The notes beneath the pieces are model-generated. The model was not told the origin of the DNA and did no database searches. It saw nothing but the letters and a program-made list of their open reading frames with translations. DNA of 64,000 nucleotides from Ginglymostoma cirratum (Eukaryota): assembly GCA_024137785.1 (NCBI GenBank), contig JAHRHZ010000014.1, positions 48,801,884 to 48,865,883 of the forward strand. The letters run 5' to 3'. The position numbers and the translations under genes are program-made. Shown one piece after another: positions 35,951-49,637 of this stretch (position 1 is the first letter of the stretch; each line of letters begins with the position of its first letter).

Positions 35951-37619
35951 ACTAAGCATTTACCCATCCAGTGGCACCACATTTAGAAACAAACTCGTGG
36001 CTACATAACTACCAAAGTTTCTCACCCCTGCTGCTATTCTTGTGAATCTTTTTGGCACTTTCATGTTTTTGTGATGGAGCAAGAGAGAGAAGCAAGAAGG
36101 GAAAGAAAGTTTGAGAAAATTATCTTGCATTGTGTGCTGGAGCGAGATCAATCGTCTTTAAAAGGGAAATGATTATATCTTTGGTGTACATCTTAATACC
36201 TTATAATTTATCACAATTTTTTTCTTGATAGCCATATAGCAGTCAGCAGAATCAGTTGTTGCATTTTACCCTAAGCAGACCTCATTAAATGAAGTCATGA
36301 TGTAAGTTCCAAATTTGTAAAATAATAAACTTAGGAGTCAATTAAGCAAAGGTGAGATCTAGCAGGTACTAGGCAATACCAACTATCATTCAAATGACAG
36401 ACTTTGGGGCAGCTCTGTTCTATGTGGTAGTAATGAGGACCAGGCCCAAAAAATACTTTTTGTAATGTCTGGGTTTTATCATAACATCCATTTCATTTTG
36501 TGGCTGCTTTATTGTGTTGTCAGTGCATAATAGTGTGGTAACTTCGAATGATTTCCACGATTCAATTTATTTCTGGCTGGATTTTGGTTGTGCTGACTCA
36601 CATGTTGAATACTCTGCAAATCGATATAATGATACTTTTCAGGTGAATCATCCAATCAAATCAAACCTTAGGGGCAAAGACGCAATCGTAACTGATGATT
36701 AAAATGACTTCTCCGGCTAATATTAGGATGACTATGAAAGGACGAATTGCTATTAGTTATGATTTCCTGCCCACATCAGTGATTCCCATGAAATTGATTT
36801 CTTTTACCCTATCATCATTGCCCTTTACCTTGGAATGGTGCATGACCTTGGCTGTCAAAAGTCCAGATGGCAAACTATAACACTGCTGAGAAAAACATGT
36901 TCTTAGCTTTTGGGCATTGGATAAAATTACAGAACATGATATTTCATGACACGAAACTGATTTAGAATTCTTCAGCTAACAAGCATTCCAAATACTAGGA
37001 TGTAATTAGCCATACAATTTCAGATCACCTTCACAATAGTTTTCTTTTGAAATATGGCTGAACTGAAGGTTGAACTCTTGCTTAGTAGTGAGGAGTAATG
37101 ACATATTCAGAGCAATATAATGAATTCACTAAATTTGCACTATTGGTCAATATGACACAGAAGTATTTCTGTTACCATATAGCATGACTAATACTTATAT
37201 ATAAAAATGTAAGTGATATCATCTTTTAATTCAGGGCTGGCTTGTCATAATGGTATGCTACATAAAGTATGCAGGTACTTTTAGACCTCGTGGGGGTGAA
37301 TTTCAATCATTGTAAAATTGGACGTAGAAATCACGGTGTGCATGTTGATTGCAATGCCGAAAGAATGCACTCTTCTTGTTGTCTGCTGTTGGAAAATAGT
37401 TTGCTGTCCAACCAGCAGAAGCCACAGTGCTTACTTTAACCTTGCTTTGATGACCAGGCACTATCATGAGTGGCACCATCAGAAGTTAACCTGCACCTTT
37501 TCTGGTGCTATGGGCCTAGTGATAGACAGTGGGACTAGTGTGGATTTAGTGTCACTTTGGTAGTACAGACTTTATGGGCTGAAGGGCCATTTCTGTACTG
37601 TATGATTCTCGGTGAATTG

Positions 37620-39350
37620 AGGCTGCATTATGTGTTGGCAGAAATGAAGAAGTGAATCTGACCTGTGAAAAATTGAACAAGCTAGGAGAGTGTGAACTCC
37701 AAAATATCTAGATGCTCTAGAGGAGGCCATGTTACTGAGACAGGAGGGAATGAAAGGTCCTGTATTTGCAGGGGTCAGAAATCCCTTAAGACAGGCACTC
37801 GGAAGCCACTGGAGGTAATGAAATGTCAATAACAGGAGTTGAGCCCTGAGGCTTTGGATATAAAGTGACAAGAGGTTTCACAACTTCACATTTCACAGAA
37901 TCCCTACAGTGTGGAAACAGGCCCTTCGGCCCAACAAGTCCACGCCGAACCTCAGAGCATCCCACTCAGACCCACCCCCCCAACAACCCACCTAACCTAC
38001 ACCGCCCTGAACACTACGGGCAATTTAGCATGGCCAATCCACCTAACCGGCACATCTTTGGACTGTGGGAGGAAACCGGAGCACCCGGAGGAAACCCACG
38101 CAGACACGGGGAGAATGTGCAAACACCACACAGACAGATGCCCAAGGCTGGAATCGAACCCGGGTCCCTGGCGCTGTGAGGCAGCAGTGCTAACCACTGA
38201 GCCACCATGCCGCTCCAAATCTTTAAATGTGTCTCCTACCAGTTGAAATATTAGCCATTGGCAGTCTTCAATTCACCACAGTCCTCATCCTTCAACTACC
38301 AGCCCTCCCTATCATTCATATTAGACATTATGTGCTTCACTGAACCCTCACACTAGTGCAGTCAGTGGTGCAAGCCTCATAGCCATGACTCTACAGCTTT
38401 CAAATGAGATGCCCCGTCAGCCAGATGGATTGCCCAGCACTTTGTCATGTATTGTCCTTTCTCACAGGAGAAGGTGGTGCATATCCAGAAGCACTAAGAG
38501 CCAGCAGGCAGAGATTGAACACACTTGCAGATCCTGATTGCTATGAAGTCTATCATGCTTGTCATCATTTAGACACCTATTGCTGAGGCACTGGCTAAGG
38601 AAAGGGCTGAAACCGGTGATGATGATGATAGTATTTATCATACCTTATCCTTCTGTTTGTATCCCAGTTTCCCAACACACCACAATCTGTTCCGACGACC
38701 AAGCTGCTGCTGATATACACAGGCACATCTGATGTCCCTCTCCTTGCACTTCAGCCTTGACCTTATTATTTTCTCCTTTTGAGATACAAAAGAGATATTG
38801 CTTGCCAAAACAATGGAGGTGCAGTGAGGGGACAGTGATTGTGAAGATGGCCGACAACTTGAATTCACACTCCTAGCCACAGCATACATAAAGAAATTGT
38901 GCAGTTTAGAGGCTGGCCTAGAAAAAAAATCTGCACACAGCAGGATATTGGGCTTGAGTGACTTGTAGCCAGGATTGTGGGCAAGGACAGGGCAGTACCT
39001 GCTTGCGGGAGGGTAAAGTTGCATCTGAGTTTTGTTGCAATGCATTCAGGTGAGCTGTTCATCGGGTGGATTACAGAAGGACATTAATGCATATGTACCA
39101 CAAAATGCTTCGTGTGTTGCGAAACCTGCCACCGAGCCTGTTATCAAGGAAAATGGAGGAGTTCAGTACTAACTCAAAACAAGACCTTATATGCATGTTT
39201 GTGAACCCAACAGGAAGAATTGTCAGGCTGATATCTCTGTTTCCGTAACAACACAAGCTGCTTTCAACTGAAGTCAAGAGTGTTAGAGTGAAACGTCAGA
39301 CTGCTACCAATATGGTGATGGACTGAAGTGTGCAAAAGCTGTTTTAGGGT
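37620..39350. mobile_element. Decayed PIF/Harbinger relic (Myb/SANT-like on +, transposase-like on -), interrupted by an HE1 SINE
   Basis: + 37680-37890 reads TPKYLDALEEAM...NPLRQALGSHWR..NVNNRS*ALRLWI*SDKRFHNF across frameshifts. On -, 38640-39280 has weak transposase-like motifs (LPQAGTALSL; LWCVGKLGY). Boundaries approximate. Confidence 0.4.
37893..38215 (-). mobile_element. HE1-like V-SINE, full length
   Basis: A box TGGCTCAGTGG, B box GGTTCGATTCC, V-domain GTGGGTTTCCTCCGGGTGCTCCGGTTTCCTCCCACAGTCCAAAGA, CR1-type tail GGGCCGAAGGGCCTGTTTCCACACTGTAGGGATTC. Confidence 0.92.
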
Positions 39351-39539
39351 GTTGCAGTGTCTAGCCATTTGTACTTCAACATGTTGTTTGGGAAGTGGAG
39401 GCACCACCCTGATAAAGTGGCGGTGGCTTTGTGCAGTATGAAGCTGCTGTTCTTTGTTAGCAAGTGCTCACTCCTGGCAAAGGGGTGGTAAAGTGTGGGA
39501 CTATATCGAAGGTGGAGTTGGTGTTACAGTTGCAGAAAG

Positions 39540-40540
39540 ATAAACAGAAGCAAAAGTAGATCACATAATTGCTTGAGCCATGTTCTTCATTTTTAAAATA
39601 ATTAAGGCTGATCTTTCAGAGGTATATCTTCCTGCACTATCCGTTGATTCCATCAATGTTCAAAAATCTAATAATCCCTGCCTTGAATCTACTTGATGAC
39701 TGAGCACCCACAGCTCTTGGTGCTGGGGAGTTCTAAGGATACACAATTCTTTGAGTAAAGAATGCTTGCCTCATCTCAATCCTTTAAAGCTGACTCTTTA
39801 ATTTGGGACTGAGTTCTAGGCTCCTCAGTTCGTGGAAGTATCTTCTGAGAATCCACCCTATCAAATTTGCTAATACTTTTATATCTATATATGTGTACTA
39901 ACAAGATCTCTTATCTGCTAAAATCTGGGCTGTAAGCATAGTTTACTCAAATGCTCCTCACAGGACAAACCCCTGATACCCTCATGACTGCAATCTGTTG
40001 AATGAAGATTTCCTGCCTTCTCTCTGAGGCAAGTGTATATGTTAGAAAGGAGATCAGTACTGGACACAGCAGTTCAGGTCAACGTACCTTCTGATTTGAG
40101 TATCTGATTCATTTAAATGTGTGGGCTGTTTAACTTTTTCCATGAGTTTTTGCACATAAGATAAATTAAGCCAATGTGCACAGGCCTATGCAGAGAATGT
40201 CCAAGTGTGGTTTTGTGGGAATATTTGTCTGCGTCTGGTCTCACCAAGGACCTCTACAATTGCAATAAGAATTTTTTTGTGCCTGTTCTCCAATTCCTTG
40301 TAGGTAAAGACAAGCATGACGTTTATTTTCGTAACTACCTATATCTGTATGTTAATGTTCTGTGATTCATGTATAGGGACTCTCAAATACTCCCAAACAC
40401 CAACATTTCCCGTTCTCTGACCATTTAAACAGTATTTTTCAATATGATTTTTTATCCCAAAATGTATAGCTTTCACAATTGTCTGCATTATTTTCCATCT
40501 TCCACATTCTTTCCACTCATCAATCTGTCTAAATGCTGTC
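39540..40540 (-). mobile_element. Old CR1 fragments
   Basis: Degenerate reverse-complement ORF2-end motifs such as CTTTGAGTAAAGAATG and CCAAGTGTGGT. Confidence 0.5.
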
Positions 40541-41214
40541 TAAAACCTGCCTAAATTGTCTAGTTTGTCCAGTCCAGATACAGAATGGGTATTTCCTATT
40601 GCCAGCACAAATATAAAGATTCTTTTGACAATTGAGTGAGTGGTGGGATAGTGATGCAGTTTATTGGTGTCTTAAGGCATAATGAATAGACACAGAACTG
40701 TTGTGACGCGGCAGGTAATTTTTTTTATAGTTTACCATACATTAACCTTTGAAGGGAGAGAAACGTTGAGGGAAGCAATAGTGGAACATTGGCCTATGTG
40801 ATTTTTTTTTCAACTATGGGTTTTATAGCTGATCCATTTACTACGATGAGTGCAGAAAGGGAGTTTGTGGCTAAGACCTTGTGCTACAGAAGCAAGGAAA
40901 GATAACATCCTGAGTTATGAAAAAGTAATATTTTGTGATGACTTAGTTGCTCACATATTATTTGTTACCATCAGTGTGCTTGGCATAGGTCATGTGAGTT
41001 CTGAAATTTTTGATTACGAAGAAAAAGAGTCAAATGATCACACTCAGCTGATTTGTGAAGTCTAGAAGAGGTACTCACTGGCATTTTTGGGTTGAGTTCA
41101 ATTTTTTACACTCAGTTCCTGAAACTGCTATTATGACCCTGAGTTCATATTGCAGTAAATGCGCAATGCTAACTACACAAATTTTCTCTTAGTGAAACCC
41201 ATGATTTTTAAAAG

Positions 41215-41292
41215 CATAAGACCATAAGACATAGGAGTGGAAGTAAGGCCATTCGGCCCATCGAGTCCACTCTGCCATTTAATCATGGCTGA
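41215..41292 (-). mobile_element. Young CR1 3' tail
   Basis: CATAAGACCATAAGACATAGGAGTGGAAGTAAGGCCATTCGGCCCATCGAGTCCACTC. Confidence 0.8.
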
Positions 41293-42844
41293 AAAAGCAT
41301 ATAAGTAAGTACATCATAAATATGAGCAGAAGTATGTCATATGGTCCAGGAATATTGTAACTTATTCTTTATCTCAACTCCATTTTCTCCCTGATCCCTG
41401 TTTCTCTCCGTTTCCTTAGGAGCCAAACATCTACCAGTCTCAGCCTTGAAAGTATTCATTGACTGATTATCCCAGATCTCTCAGGTAGATTCCACATTCC
41501 CAAGATTCTAAAGACATACCAGTGCACTGGCACACAAGGAAGAATCTTTCTTTGCATTGATGATTCTGGTCTTCCACATTGAATTACCAAATATGTGGTT
41601 AGCAATCAAATGCCATTGTATGAATTATTAATTACTTCTCAAAGTTTTGATAATTTACCTGCATCGATTACAGATAGAGCAATAGTAGAAACTAAATGAG
41701 CAGGAAGTTGTGGGGTGGTTTATGAAGAAGTGGCGAACCCAGGATATGTATTTACTATGGGTGCACTGAATAATACTTTTTCTAGTATTTCATGAACTAA
41801 TAGCCTGGAATTTGTGATACTATTGCATGAAACTGTCAGCAATTTGTGGGACGAGATTTTGCTCTCCTGTTGTCAAGAAACTGCACATCAGGCAGGGGAG
41901 ACTCAGTTCTGGACCTCATTCCCATTGTTTGCTGTTTTCCCGAGTGCCCCATATGGGTGAACTTGTGTAAGGCTATGCCAGTGGCTCCAATGCAGGGGTG
42001 GCAATCTCAGAAACCCTTGCAGTGAGCATGGAGTCGAGTTGGCTTCAGAAGACTTCTAAACACAAATGGATCATGCCAGGTCAGCAGAATGGGCATCCAT
42101 AGGGGAAACCTATCCTGGAGTCAGGAATCTTTTAACAGATAAGTTTAAAAGTTGTTACCTTCACGTCATCATAATTAGATGCTATGTAACATAGAAATGT
42201 TTTCAATGTAATTATTGATGATAGACCTTCATTCTTAGAAGTTAAGTCACCTTTAAGTTGAGCATGATTATGTAAGTGTTCAGGTACATTGCAACATTTA
42301 ACCAGCGGAGAAAGAGGTTTTCTTTACTGAATTGCATTTAGATTCAGATTTTATCGTGTCATTTGGAGCCCTTCCTTTGATCTTTACATTATGTATGCAG
42401 CCATCATATCAACTTTTGATGCAGTGAGGCAGAGCATCATCCATTCAATGTTTCATCTATTCACCTCTATAAGTTTTTTGACACATTTGTGCACTGAAAT
42501 CTCATTGTGAATGCTTGGCTGAGCTCTGAATCTGTGCAATGGTTCAGCTCAGCCTAGATGGTTCACGTATCTGTCAAGAGGACTATGAATCTTATTTTTA
42601 TTGATTTGTTTTATGAGTTCCGAACCAAGTTGTATTGTAAAGTGGATCTTTTTTATTTTGTTAGCATAACACGATTTTTTCAGCTAGGCTGAATGGCCGT
42701 GCTTGTTTGACAGTTTAGTGAACTGAAAAACTTTGAGTAGTTTTTTTCAAGTGGAGTTTGAATTAACGCTTGTTTATTTTGAAAATTTTAAGAATATATA
42801 GAAGACTTCCCAAAGTTATCACGGCATTTATGGTTTTCATCAAT

Positions 42845-42968
42845 AGTGGGTACATGGAGGGTGAGGAGAATAGGATTGAGAAGAATATCAGCCATGATTG
42901 AATGGTGGAGCAGACTTGATGGGCTGAATGGCCTAATTATGTTCCTATATATTATGGTCTTATGGTCT
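42845..42968 (+). mobile_element. CR1 3' tail
   Basis: ATCAGCCATGATTGAATGGTGGAGCAGACTTGATGGGCTGAATGGCC...TTATGGTCTTATGGTCT. Confidence 0.8.
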
Positions 42969-43185
42969 AAAATTGCCCCTCATGTAATGCCGGCTTCAGA
43001 GACAAACATTTTACGTATGCACTGTTTAACATAGATGTCCAGAGAGTGTTGTCAGTGATGCCGTGCTTCTCCACAGGACATGTAGTTTCAGCCATGGCAG
43101 ATGAAATTAATGGAGATCAGTGATTTGACAAATTTAATCTATTTTCACACTATTCATGCAAGAAAAAAGCAATGAAAACGTGTAA

Positions 43186-43375
43186 CAGACAACACAGTGT
43201 GGAGCTGGCGAAACACAGCAGGCCAAGCAGCATCAGAGGAGCAGGAAAGTTGACGTTTCAGTTTGGGACCCTTCTTCAGAAAATGCTCCTCTGATGTTGC
43301 CTGGCCTGCTGTGTTCCTCCAGCTCTATACTGTGCTGTCTCTGACTCCCACATTTGCAGTTCTTGCTATCTCTCT
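43186..43375. mobile_element. PLE family A palindromic insertion
   Basis: Left arm 43188-43281 is inverted relative to right arm 43284-43345, which continues into a tail ending CTATCTC. 14-bp TSD ATGAAAAC(G/A)TGTAA at 43172-43185 and 43376-43389. Confidence 0.88.
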
Positions 43376-43599
43376 ATGAAAACATGTAAGCCTTTCTGAA
43401 TCGTTACTGGCAGTCTAGAAGGGAATGATGACTTGGTGGGAACGTCACTAGAGTAATTATCCAGAGGCCCTGACCATTATCCTGGAATGAGTGGGTAAAT
43501 GTGACATCATTTGCTAGGGATTTGAGAAAAACAAATTTAAACCAATAAATTTAAAAAGTTGGTTAATGGTTACAAGTTGCAAAAACTTTTTAAATAAAG

Positions 43600-44090
43600 T
43601 GTACAAGCTCCTTCTTTTAAAAATAGAGACTTGCATAGAAAGGACATATTATTATGACCTTATTAAATAGCATAATGTTTTGCCTCATGATGGAATATTG
43701 TGGCCAGTTTTTGACATCACACTTCGAGAGTGATGCCAAAACCGTGGCGGGAGTGCACTAAATATGTTTTTCTAGAATGATGCCAAATTAAGCATCAAGG
43801 ATTTCAGTTTGATGGACAGATGAGGGAAGCTGGTTTCCCTCAGAGCAGAGAACATTAAGGGGAGATTTCTTAGCGTAAAATGCTGCTATGTTTTTGAGAG
43901 TATCCTTCAGAAGAATCAGTTTTCCAGTGGCAAAGGAACCAGAAGTGACATCAGGAAACATTTTTAAGACAGAGGGTTGTTGTGAACTGGATTGCATTTC
44001 TTGAACATGAGATAGAAGCAAATTCAACAGTAGTTTGGGAGATAGGCATGGAGGACTAAGTAGCTTCCTGCTTTTTCTGTATACTCTGTA
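43600..44090 (+). mobile_element. Old CR1 3' fragment
   Basis: Degenerate motifs GGAATATTGTGGCCAGTTTT (EYC.QF) and GAGCAGAGAACATTAAGGGGAGATTT (EQRRLRGDL). Confidence 0.55.
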
Positions 44091-44554
44091 TAATTTTATT
44101 AGTAAGTCCTTATGATAGATTCATGCCTCTAGATGAGTAAAAGAGGTTAGGTGTCTATGGGCAATAAGTAGTGCACAAATATCGGAAAAACAAGTGGAAT
44201 GTTAGCCTTTATCTCAATGGAGTTGGGATCTGCAAGTGAAGTGTTGATGGCTCATTTTATAGAATGGGCTAGAATCCTCTGGAAAGATGTATTGGATTTG
44301 GTAGATCTCCTGCACTTGAGTTTAGTACATTTTATGATGAGAATGTGCTTAACGTGAGACTGAATTGATTGTGTAAATGGAGAGAAACAAGAGCAAGGGC
44401 TAAAATGAACTTTGGGCTAGCTCATTGAAAGGGTGAAATCGATTTGTCTTTGTTTGTGGTATAATCTCTCTAAGTTGTCATACTTATATAAAAAAAACTG
44501 TTGTTCTCTGTAATAAAATTGTGTTCTTTTTGTAAAGGCAGCATTGGTGTATTA

Positions 44555-44810
44555 GAACATAAGAACAAGGACCATGAGTAGGCATATCAGCTCTCAAGCC
44601 CGCTCCACCATTTAACTTAATCATGGCTTGTTCTCATCTCAGTCTCACCTCCACTTTCCTGCCCACTGTCCATAACCCTTTAACCCATTGCTCATTAAAA
44701 ATGTCTGTCTCCTCTATAAATGTATTCAGCGTCCCAGTAACCACCACACTTTGGGGTTGTGAATTCCACAGATTCATAACTGTTTGAGTGAAGCCGTTCC
44801 TCTCTGTCTC
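44555..44810 (-). mobile_element. CR1 3' fragment
   Basis: AGAACATAAGAACAAGGACCATGAGTAGGC tail; GAATTCCACAGATTCATAAC (reverse complement of VNLWNS). Confidence 0.75.
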
Positions 44811-46827
44811 TGTTTGTCTTTCAGAATGCTAACACTTGAACTGCTGTTAAGTTTTCAGTTCTACAATCTTTACTTCCTTTTGAAAATTCGACCGTAAATT
44901 GTGAATACTCTGAAATGTTTTTTAACCTCATTGTTCAATCTCATTTCTTAGTTTAAAAAAAAGTTTTGAGAGCCAATAAAATGGGATTAGGCCCTTAATG
45001 GTATTAATTGCCGAATTTAAGGGCTTCATCTGATGGTGGGGCAGGAAGCTGATCCACAAATCTTCCCACCCGAGACTTTGTCGGAGCAAACACGGGAATG
45101 TGGCTGAGTCCCTTCCTTCTTGATTCAAAACTTGACTAAATGTTTTGGGGGGAAAGGCATTAAATTCCAGCCAAGGATTCTTTATTACAGGAAATTTGGC
45201 TTGAACATGAGGAAAAGTCAACCAACGTGCCTTTCAAATGGTCCTTTGGGATCATTATTGTCCAGGGAGCAGCCAACAGATTTAACGCTTCACTTAGTAG
45301 ATGGAAACAACCATTCTACTGTGAGGAAACAGATGTCCTCAAATTTCTCCACTGTCCTTTTGCCATTGGAATCTGCGCATAAACCCAGAAGCACATTTTG
45401 GGATTGATGTTGTATCAGTTCACCGATTGTATGTGCGGCTAGTCATTTGGTTGAAATGTAAGATGACACCCCGTTGTTTATGCAAGTGTACCCTGACTTC
45501 CAGGAAAGGTTGCACAGTATTGTACACTTGTATGCTGGCGCAATGTTCCAACAGTAAGTTGGGGTTTAAAAAGAGTCATAAGAACTTTGGTATTTCACAA
45601 TTGCATAAAAAGGAACTGTAAGGGTCATGTCACAGGCAGCAAGGGCCCTGGCAAAGCAAATGATAAGACTGTGTGTTGTTGGAAGAAGCCTTTCTGGAGA
45701 AGAAATTAGCTGGAATTTACAAGAACCCCTTTGAACTGATTTAAGGTATGTTTTGTGGAGAAAAAAAATCTGTTAAGCTAAACAGCTGCTTTCTGAGAGT
45801 TGAAGATGTGTGCAGCACTATCAGTTCAAGGTTTGAAACTTCACCTTGGGCAAAATATTCCAATTAGTCACAGAGTACTTGACTATGGTTTTCTAAAACA
45901 TATTGAAGCAGCAAGCGATGGAGAGAGAAGAACGGAGATTAGCAGTTGGTTGCTGTATGTAGAATTTTCATTAATGTAACATGTTCATGCTTGAAAGTTT
46001 TATATTTGTGTGTCCTAACTTCATAGATTGGAATGTTTTTATAGTAACTGATTAAATTCATTCACAATCTAGATTCTTTTCTGTTTTTTTAAAAAAAAGC
46101 CTGTTGCCCTTGGATTCTACTGATATGCGAGTCAAGATCAGAAATATGAAGAGTGGTCACCATTCAGAGACCTGTATAGCCAGAGTCACTACTGTTCAGG
46201 GGTGGTGTAAAGTGAATGTAGTTTGGACCACTTTTGTGGACCTGGGTCCTGTGTTCAAGAAGTGGCTGAAAGAAATCAGGTTGGAACAGGGCAGAAGCTG
46301 GGTCTGGGTCCGGGTCCATCTGGAACTCTTCAGAGTTCTAATAAGACAATCAGTACTTTATTTAAAAGAAAGTATTAAGCATCTTTATAGAGTCAGGAGG
46401 AGCTTTGTTTGGAAGAAACAGATTCTTGAGCCTAAGGCTTTATGATGGACTTGCACTTGAGTATTCTGAAGGTAAGTAGTTATTCACTTCAGTTTCAAGT
46501 ATCAAACTCTCCCTTTTGTGATGAACTGTTCAAAGCAAATGACTGGAATAAAGTAAGGGAGAAACACTTTAGTTTGATAAAATATTGTGGCTTATGATTT
46601 GCTCGAAAGCCCCAGGCAGCCACGGTCACAGCAGATGGAAACTGGCATGGGATGAAATTTTGATTTCATTTTTATCCTATGGAATGTTTTCTCTTCCCCA
46701 TCACCGCTTGACTGTAAGGGCAAAGGTGTTTTCAACCCTTACAACTCTTGCTGTCTGGTGGAAAGTGCAGTCATGAAAAAAGTGGGTGGAGTAGGGGCAA
46801 GTATAAACCAGTAAAACTGGCGAAAGA

Positions 46828-47015
46828 AACAATAAATTGCTGGAGAATCTGCTGGAACATGTCTGGTAGTATCTGTTGGGAAAAAGAAGAGTCAGAAAGT
46901 CAGAACTGGACTTAGAGAGTTTTCTCACCACTGATGCTGTAGGACCTGCTTAGATTCTCCAGCAATGTCAGTTTGTGCTTTAGATCTCCAGCATTTTAAG
47001 TTCTTTGCTCTATTT
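46828..47015. mobile_element. Older PLE family B palindromic insertion
   Basis: AATTGCTGGAGAATCT...GTATCTG is inverted relative to GATGCTGTAGGACCTGCTTAGATTCTCCAGCAAT. TSD TGGC(G/A)AAAGA at 46818-46827 and 47016-47025. Confidence 0.7.
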
Positions 47016-47457
47016 TGGCAAAAGAGGTATGTTTAACAGATTAATCTCGTATACTTCAAAATGGAGCTCCTGGAGGATCTGTGCATTTGTTTCCAAATAT
47101 TAGTCTTTTTTTAACTCCTTTTTTTTTAACTCCTCTTTCCTCAACCATCCCACCTTCTCCTCCCTCCTAGAGAGAGTGAGGAGTGAGAGTGAGATTAAAG
47201 GATGTGGAGAGGAGTTTGTTATGGGAGTGGAAGACCAAAATACTATTAAAGTTGGTTCCCCAGCTGGAATGCTGCTCAGTGTTTGGTTGGGAAAGTTAGT
47301 GGCCTACATGCTTCTCTCTCTGTCTATGTGGGTGTGGTGCTGCTGGTGGTGCTGGTTACTGATGGGAATGGGTGAAAGAACACAAGATTTTAATGCAGCT
47401 CATTGTCGGCTGGTAGGTGTCTTAATAATGTATGGTGCCGGTCTTGGAATGGGGTGG

Positions 47458-47960
47458 CCGAAGTCAGAAGTCACACAACACCAGGTTATAGTCAAACAAG
47501 ATGTTTGTTTATTTATAGGAGCATTCTATTTTGTTCAAAAAACACACAGTTTGTAGTAACAGTCAGTCAGTGTGGCATCTTATAAATTTCAGCCTTCGGA
47601 GTAAAACCAACCTGATTCCAGGAGGCAGATTCTGGACAAGGCCTCACACTTACCATTCAGTGTCCGACCCGAGATATCACCTTTTGTATATTCCTATCTC
47701 TCTGCCCGATTGTCACGACAGCCTAGCACTGACATTGACTTTATAAACACTTTACACACCATCTAACACTCTTGCTTACCCGCAGAAAGTTATCATCTAA
47801 CACCCCATTCACACCAGTTGTATGATCTTTTGATCTCTCTGCCTAAAAACTGTGTGTCTGTGTGCCGTGCTGTCTCACTACACCTGACGAAGGGGCTGCT
47901 CTCTGAAAGTTTGTGTGAATCCAAACAAACCTGTTGGACTACACTCTGGTGTTGTGTGAC
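47458..47960 (+). mobile_element. PLE family D 3' region with an inverted terminal fragment
   Basis: Left GTCACACAACACCAGGTTATAGTC is inverted relative to right GACTACACTCTGGTGTTGTGTGAC. Hammerhead-like ACAC CTGACGA A GGGG ctgct CTCT GAAA GT TT GTGT at 47880-47916. Confidence 0.75.
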
Positions 47961-49637
47961 AGATGTCTTAATGTCATCTGCCAGCCTGTTCTGGCTCAGT
48001 GGGACAGTGGATATAAAGGAATAGGGCCACGTGTATAGTTGCAGCTTTGGATGAGAAACTTTATTCAGCAGTGGGGCTTATTGGCAGAGTGTGACAACAA
48101 ACATAGTTAAACTAGCGTGGGATGAGACTACAGTGTGGGGATTGATACTGCCAGAGAATTGTTAAAGCAAAGGTAACTGCACAGGTAAGTTTTGAGTAAC
48201 CAGAAATGGGCCACAGCTGTAGTCAGTATTGCTAATATTTCCATTAAATTGCAATGATTTTACTAGCTCAGTGTTTTGGAGGTAACAAATTCCTAAAGCT
48301 CTAAATTATGCAGTGGAACTTGAATGTTTTCGTTGTATTTTAAGTTATGGCATTGAACCACTCACTACAGCTTCTCAAAATATCACTGAGGGAGCTTATT
48401 TTTCTTACTCTGTATTGTTTACATGACCACTTAACAGTGTGTTACAGTTCCCATGGTTTGAAATACTGTCAGAGGCATATATTTTTCTCTTTCCTATCTT
48501 TATTACTCAGTCAGAAGCCATGACCAGGATGAACAGGATTTTAAGGTCCATACCCCTGCAGAGATATGCACCTTTCTGTCGTTTCTATGGAGAAACACAA
48601 CAATTAAAGAGCGGGGTTTACTTTAACTTACCTGCTGCATTTGATCAGTTGATGATCTGAAGGTAAAAGCTGAATGTGCATTTTCTGGAAGAGGACCAAT
48701 TATTAACTTTAGATTCAAAAGAATTAGAATTAGTTACAAGTAACTCACATTTTTGTCTACATTATGCTTGTCGTAAATTTTAAAATAAAGACATTTACAA
48801 TCCTACAGACAAAGCATGTAAATTTAGCTGGGAAGTGATAGGATTGATTCAGACAAGATTACAGCACTGAGAGCTTCCATGTTTGAATTGAAAATGATGA
48901 CGATGCTTTAACCTCAAACGTCCTCTTGTATTCTCTTGCTTTTCTTTAAAGTGTAGAATTTTTGATTTGATTTTGATAATGGGAAGGTACAATGTGCAGC
49001 TTTCTGCATAATGTTTTGTGGTTGCCAACTGTTGACAATGTGATTGGACAGAGATGAAGAAGGAGATGGCATTGATGCTGGTCTCAAACTTCGCTTGTTT
49101 ATCCGCTGTTGGAGGAAGGTGAGAGTTTGACAGGGGAACTGCTCTGCAGATAGTTGAGAATCCAAGTTGAGACACACTTTGGGTTAGTTTTCTCATGAGT
49201 TTACTTAATCAGGAGTCCTGTCGTAACAGTTGGGGGTAACCTTTGAGACCTTGTCAGGTCGCGGATACAACTGCGCCAGTCAGATTGTTTTCTTCCATTT
49301 GTGTTTGCTTCTGAAACCTCAGGATGCATGTAGAGGTGCGGTTGCCCCGTTCCCAGAACTGTGTTTGCTCTGATCATGCAGGATTAAAACTACATTTTGG
49401 TGAGGATTATTCATTATCTGTTACACATGACTATGGTGTAAGCCTGTGAGAAGGTCCTAATGTGGGTGCTAATTCACACAAAAAATGTCAACTGTTTAAC
49501 TTCTCTCCAGAGCATTTTTTTTGACAACGTACCAATGTTAAACGGTGAGTCATGTTTTGACAAATACGCAATTCGATGGTAAAATCATGTAAAATAAATA
49601 AGTTTCAACAGTAACCTCCTTTCTCTTTTGTTCACAG

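Noticed and set aside
36232-36301. Possible 70-nt exon with AG and GTAAGT boundaries
   Set aside because: Stops in all three frames and no other support.
37865-38246. Overlapping ORFs and a tRNA-like A/B box (also 55726-56125, 20668-20718, 33750-33845)
   Set aside because: These are SINE bodies or heads. No full cloverleaf is present and the ORFs are incidental.
45400-46300. Solo-LTR-like segment (also about 33200-33700)
   Set aside because: No clear TG...CA ends, TSD, PBS or second copy could be identified.
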